Assembly: GCA_048013815.1 (NCBI GenBank)
Contig: CM106586.1
Location: 13,640,001-13,704,000, forward strand
Source: Setoptus koraiensis
Lineage: Eukaryota; Animalia; Arthropoda
Direction: 5' to 3'
DNA length: 64,000 bases
Numbering within the stretch: the first letter of the stretch is position 1; every line of letters begins with the position of its first letter. Position numbers and translations under genes: made by a program. Shown one piece after another: positions 63,052-64,000 of this stretch. The notes under the pieces are model-generated. The model searched no databases and was not told where the DNA came from. It worked only from the letters and a program-made list of their open reading frames with translations.

Positions 63052-64000
63052 TTTTGGAACTATCGATGAGAACTTCATTATTAACAGAATCTAATTAGGC
63101 TGTAATAATTATAATAATTTCTGTTGCGCAACAACACGACTACAAGTATTCCCACAGGCAAATAAACTAAGGCATAGACTCATATTAGATAGCTGATCCA
63201 TTAAACTAACACCGTGTAATTCTTATCTCATCAAACAACTATCACCTATTAATCCATCCAGTCGTTCATTGATGAGGCACACTCAAGTATCTTCAATCAA
63301 GCCTGTTTTCTAACAACACGTTACAGGTAATGCTGTTGTAGTTCTACAATAGCTTTTCAATTTAAAAATCTTTTGGAGCCGAAACAGGGAACATCGTCTA
63401 GAACATTGGAGCAAATCGCCATCTTTTGGGATATCGTTACTCACTCAACATTAGGCATATGTCACGTTTATCACAAGCATGACGACGATGATATTTTAAG
63501 CTCGCTAATCTCCAAATAGAAGTTTTTTGTTGAAAATTCATAAGTGCAATCGTCACATTACATCAAATCTTCACAGTTAGTAAACAAATTGCTTTTCCAA
63601 GCCAGATACATAGATAGTCTGCGCCTCCATCTGGAACATGCAGTCAGCGCAGGCTCGACCACACTATTAGTCATACAACAGCTACACTGATTTTGTTGCA
63701 GCAGTCAGTCAGTCAATCAGACGACACGACACCAAAGCGGCTTGGGCAAACATTAAATCGGTATAAAAATGATTATCATCTTACTGCTGTTTAATTGTTT
63801 ATATTGATGATTATCATGATATCATCACTACTAGCTAGCTCCAACCAATGCTCAATTTACCACAATTCACTACTATCAACAACGACAATATTGGCCATAT
63901 TATTTTGGATGGTGAAAACATTGAACTATCACAAACTTGCAAGCTGTGATTGTTGTTAGTAGTTTGATGAACCACTACATCATCGATAATACAAGTAAGT

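Overview
Eukaryotic (arthropod) genomic DNA, not prokaryotic, so most entries in the supplied ORF track (GTG/TTG starts, repeat-derived frames) are spurious. Five protein-coding genes are supported. (1) An intronless GH2 beta-mannosidase (-, 15478-18906). (2) A brummer/ATGL-type patatin lipase (-, two coding exons, 20030-21895). (3) An unrecognised ~1619-aa Cys-free Gln/Ser/Ala/Gly/Tyr/Pro-rich, probably secreted structural protein (+, two exons, 34846-39965). (4) An intronless NK1/slouch homeobox gene (+, 55606-56718). (5) An ANKRD13C orthologue (-, three exons, 58163-59818). Few, short introns suggest an intron-poor lineage such as an acariform (possibly eriophyoid) mite; this is inference only. 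The window alternates between AT-rich, repeat-poor, gene-dense blocks (~13.2-25.7 kb, ~56.9-62 kb) and GC-richer, largely non-coding blocks (1-13.2 kb, 25.7-56.9 kb). The GC-richer blocks hold unrelated minisatellites (many with 10/11/20/22-bp periods), perfect short-spacer inverted repeats and GGGCCC sites. The best leads are the repetitive structural protein, the inverted-repeat and helical-period repeat excess, a hairpin-dense 320-bp island at 43.1-43.5 kb and a pre-miRNA-sized hairpin at 869-925. All were found by eye and need the stated checks. No tRNA, rRNA, snRNA, CRISPR array or autonomous transposon could be supported.
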